Shown piece by piece: positions 60,960 to 64,000 of a stretch of DNA of 64,000 nt. The notes under the pieces were generated by a model. It was given only the letters and a program-made list of their open reading frames with translations, had not been told where the DNA came from and did no database searches. This DNA is from Chiloscyllium plagiosum (taxonomy: Eukaryota), in the NCBI RefSeq assembly GCF_004010195.1, contig NC_057720.1:31270150-31334149 (forward strand). Reading direction: 5' to 3'. Numbering within the stretch: the stretch's first letter is position 1; the number at the start of each line of letters is the position of its first letter. Made by a program: the position numbers and the translations under genes.

Positions 60960-62200
60960 GTAAATCATAAGTAAATAAAAGAACAGAATGCAGAAAATAG
61001 CGTTACAGATACAGGGAAGTGCAGAGAAAATGCTAACTCTAGTATATGAGATTTCCATTTGTAAGTCTAATAACAGCAGGGAAGAAGCTGTTCTTAAATC
61101 TGTTGGTATGTATTTTCAAACTTTTGTACCTTCTGATTGATGGTGAAGAGGGTGGAAGAGAGTCTAATGAGGATGGGAGAAATCTTTGATCTTTGGCTGC
61201 TTTCCCGAAGCAGTGGGAAGAATAGATGGAGTCAATGCATGGAATTATGGTTTTCATAATGGACTGGGCTGCATTCACAACTCTGTAATTTTTTGTGACC
61301 TTGGGCAGAGCAATTGCCATACCAAGCTGTGATGCATCTGGACAAGATGCTTTCAATATTGTATGTAAAAAGATTGGTAACAGTCATTGTGGACATGCCA
61401 AGTTTCCTTAGTCTTCTGAGAAAGTAGAGGCATCGGTGTGTTTTATTGTCTGTAGCATTGACATGACTGGATATTTACGTTGGCGATATTTATTCCTAGG
61501 AAATTGAAGCTGTCAACTACCTCTACTCTGCACCATTGCTACAGGCAGATGCATGCCCTCCAATCTGCTTCCCGAAGTTAATGACAAGCTCCTTTATTTT
61601 GTTGACCTGAGAGAGAGATTGTTGCTTTACATCATGCCACTAAGCTGTCTATCTCCTTCCTGTACACTGTCTTGTCATTGTTTGAGATCTGACCCATTAC
61701 AGTAGTGTCATCAGCTAATTAGTCAATGGAGTTAGAGTGGAATTTGGCCACACATTTGTGAGTATTAAGTCGTATGGAAAGGGGCTAAGTACACAGCCCT
61801 ACAGGTCACCAGTGTTGGGGAGTATTGTGGAGGAGGTGTTGTTGCCTATCCTTACTGATTGCAGAGTGTGGTCAGAAAGTCAAGGATCCAGTTACAGAGG
61901 CTGGAACTAGGATGCAGTGTCCTAGGTCCCGGAGATTAGAGATGAGTTTTGTTGGAATTATGGTGTTAAAAATCCCATAGATTAAAGTCAATAAATAGGA
62001 CTCTGAAGTAGATTTCCTTGTTATTCAGACATTCCAGGGATGAGTATAGGGTCAGGGAGATGGCATCTGCCATGGAGCTAATGTGACGGTAGGCAAATTC
62101 CAGTGGATCGAGGCAATCTTTGAGTTGACGTATGCTATTACTAACTTTTCAAAGCACTTTATAATGATGGACGTCACAGCCACTGGGCGGTTGTCTTTAA
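60960..62200 (-). mobile_element. Rex1/Babar-like LINE, decayed
   Basis: RPVAVTSIIIKCFEKLV and RRYKSLKIHTNRFKNSFFPAVIRL. Confidence 0.85.
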
Positions 62201-62204
62201 GGCT

Positions 62205-62635
62205 GTGCTGGCCTTGGTACGGATCCACAGGACATTCACAAGAATGATCCCAAGGTGGAGGACTTATCATGTGAGGAGGAGCTGAGGACTCTGGGTCTGT
62301 ATTCAATGGAGTTTAGAAGGATGAAGGGGATCTCATGGAAACTTACAAAATACTGAGAGGCCTGGATAGGGCAGATACAGAGAAATTGTTTCAACTATTA
62401 TAAGAAACTGGGATCCAAGGGCTTCAGCCTGAGGGTGGTGAATCTGGAATTCATTGCTATAGAGGACTTTGGACGTCAAGTTGTTAAGGCAGAGATGGAT
62501 AGGTTCTCGATTTTTAAGGTAATAAATGGTTATGGGAAGAAAGCTGGAAAATAGGGTTAAAAACATATCAGCTAAGATCGAATGGTGGAGCACACCTGAT
62601 GGGCTGAATAGCCTAATTCTGCTCCTCACTCTAAT
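62205..62635 (+). mobile_element. CR1 3' fragment
   Basis: ctgggtctgtattcaatggagtttagaaggatgaagggga...gggctgaatagcctaattctgctcct. Confidence 0.8.
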
Positions 62636-62639
62636 GGTC

Positions 62640-62781
62640 AGCAGAGGTTACCATGAAGGTCCCATCTTCTTAACCTCACTGCTCACCAGAGGCATGGTGA
62701 TCCTCAGGTTAAACTATCACAGACCATCTCTCTAATGCGAGGGCAGCCCTATGACCCTCTTGGACTATGGCACTTTACTTT
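62640..62781 (+). mobile_element. SINE 3' part (same family as 6264-6437)
   Basis: ggtgatcctcaggttaaactatcacagaccatctctctaatg...ggactatggcactttacttt. Confidence 0.55.
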
Positions 62782-62981
62782 CCATTAATAAAGCAATATT
62801 AATGTCACTGATTAACAACTTTCACAGAAATGGGATGAATTCATAGAATTTGATCCAAACAATGATTAAAAAGTCATATAATGTATTTGGCCATGCCTCT
62901 GATATAATGCTAGATGCCCAAACACAAATTTTACATCCTCATTTACAATCTACTGCATAGCAGTAAAATGTGATCTATCAT

Positions 62982-63637
62982 GGTAGTGATTGGAATGATG
63001 TCAGCCAGGTGGATCTCAATGAATATGAGTTCACTGATTGGAGCTGTTAACCTGATGCAATCAGGGAGTCCTGGCTGACAGATATAAACAGGGGTGTCAG
63101 GGGTTCTGTTCATTCCAGAAGCCAGCTCTGAGCTAGCTGGATCAGTGTCATAGAGTCATCTAGATAGAGATGTGAATAGGGAGGGGCTGTTTTCCCTGGA
63201 GTGTCAGAGGCTGAGGGTGACCTTGTCGAGGGTTACAAAATCCCAGGGGCATAGATAGGGTAAATAGACAAAGTCTTTTCCTTGGGTGGGGGAGTCCTGA
63301 AGTAGGGGGTGTAGGTTTAGGATGAGAGGGGAAAGATATAAAAGGGACCTAAGGAGCAACTTTTTCATGCAGAGGGTGGTGCGTGTATGAAATGAGCTGC
63401 CAGAGGAAGTGGTGGAGGCTGGTACAAATACAGCATTTAAAAACCATTTGGATGGGTATATGTATAGGAAGGGTTTAGAGGGATGTGGGCCAAGTGCTGG
63501 CAAATGGGATTAGATTAGATTAGGATACCTGGTCAGCATGGATGGGTTGGACCTGTTTCCGTGCTGTCCTGTACTATGCATTTGTAAATAAAGGATGATT
63601 CATTGACAGGATACTGGTCTTTGTGGAGTTATTTTCA
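62982..63637 (+). repeat. Solo Gypsy LTR interrupted by a CR1 3' end (about 63151-63568)
   Basis: Homologous to 46192-46412, with TATA gatataaacagggg at 63081, AATAAA near 63587 and a ...ttca end. Flanks atcat/gtcat look like a 5-bp TSD. Confidence 0.88.
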
Positions 63638-63729
63638 GTCATGTATCACACTTTGTTACAGATGCAGAGCAAAATTTTAAATTATGACGTGGTGCACTTC
63701 CAGATCACAATATGAAGGTTCTCGGTGCT

Positions 63730-64000
63730 GGGTTTGAGCTACAGGGAAGGCTGAATAGTCTGGGGCTACTTTCTCTGGAGAGTCGAAGGCTGAGGGGTGA
63801 CCTTATACAGGCTTTTTAAAATCATGAGGGGCATGGATAGGATAAATAGACAAGGCCTTTTCCACGGATTGGGGGAGTCCAGAACTAGAGGACATATGTT
63901 TAGGGTGAGAGGGGCAAGATTTAAAAGGGTTGTGAGGGGCAACTTTTTCACACAGTGGGTGGTGCATGTTGGAATGAGTGGCCAGAGAAAGTGGTAGAGG
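63730..64000 (+). mobile_element. CR1 3' fragment running off the window
   Basis: FKIMRGMDRINRQGLF...RTRGHMFRVRG...GNFFTQWVV. Confidence 0.9.

Overview
This is a repeat-dense vertebrate intergenic or intronic window. It is most likely from a cartilaginous fish (shark), inferred from HE1/V-SINE-like and SacSINE1/DeuSINE-like SINEs plus abundant CR1 LINEs. I can support no intact host protein-coding gene. The ORF-track entries I can assign are fragments of CR1, Rex1/Babar, Penelope-like (RT + GIY-YIG), Gypsy, Tx1, RTE or hAT elements. The standout is at 32.5-39.1 kb. Two copies of one Gypsy-family LTR (minus strand) have been invaded repeatedly at the same motif, the LTR TATA box (ATATAAACAGGAG). 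One LTR holds an array of 14 short poly(A)-tailed inserts separated by 15 copies of the target motif, and most inserts are recognisable pieces of the 3' end of a Tx1-clade retrotransposon. Both LTRs also contain a non-coding element whose 5' end carries its own copy of the LTR sequence downstream of the TATA box. Together this suggests a site-specific, promoter-hijacking non-LTR retrotransposon system that parasitises an LTR retrotransposon. Also present: many short Penelope-derived palindromic insertions with minimal hammerhead-ribozyme motifs and 12-15 bp TSDs, a Tigger/pogo-like MITE, a decayed hAT transposase, and a repeat-poor motif-rich island at about 53.7-55.6 kb. Family names come from recognising motifs by eye, and most repeat boundaries are approximate.
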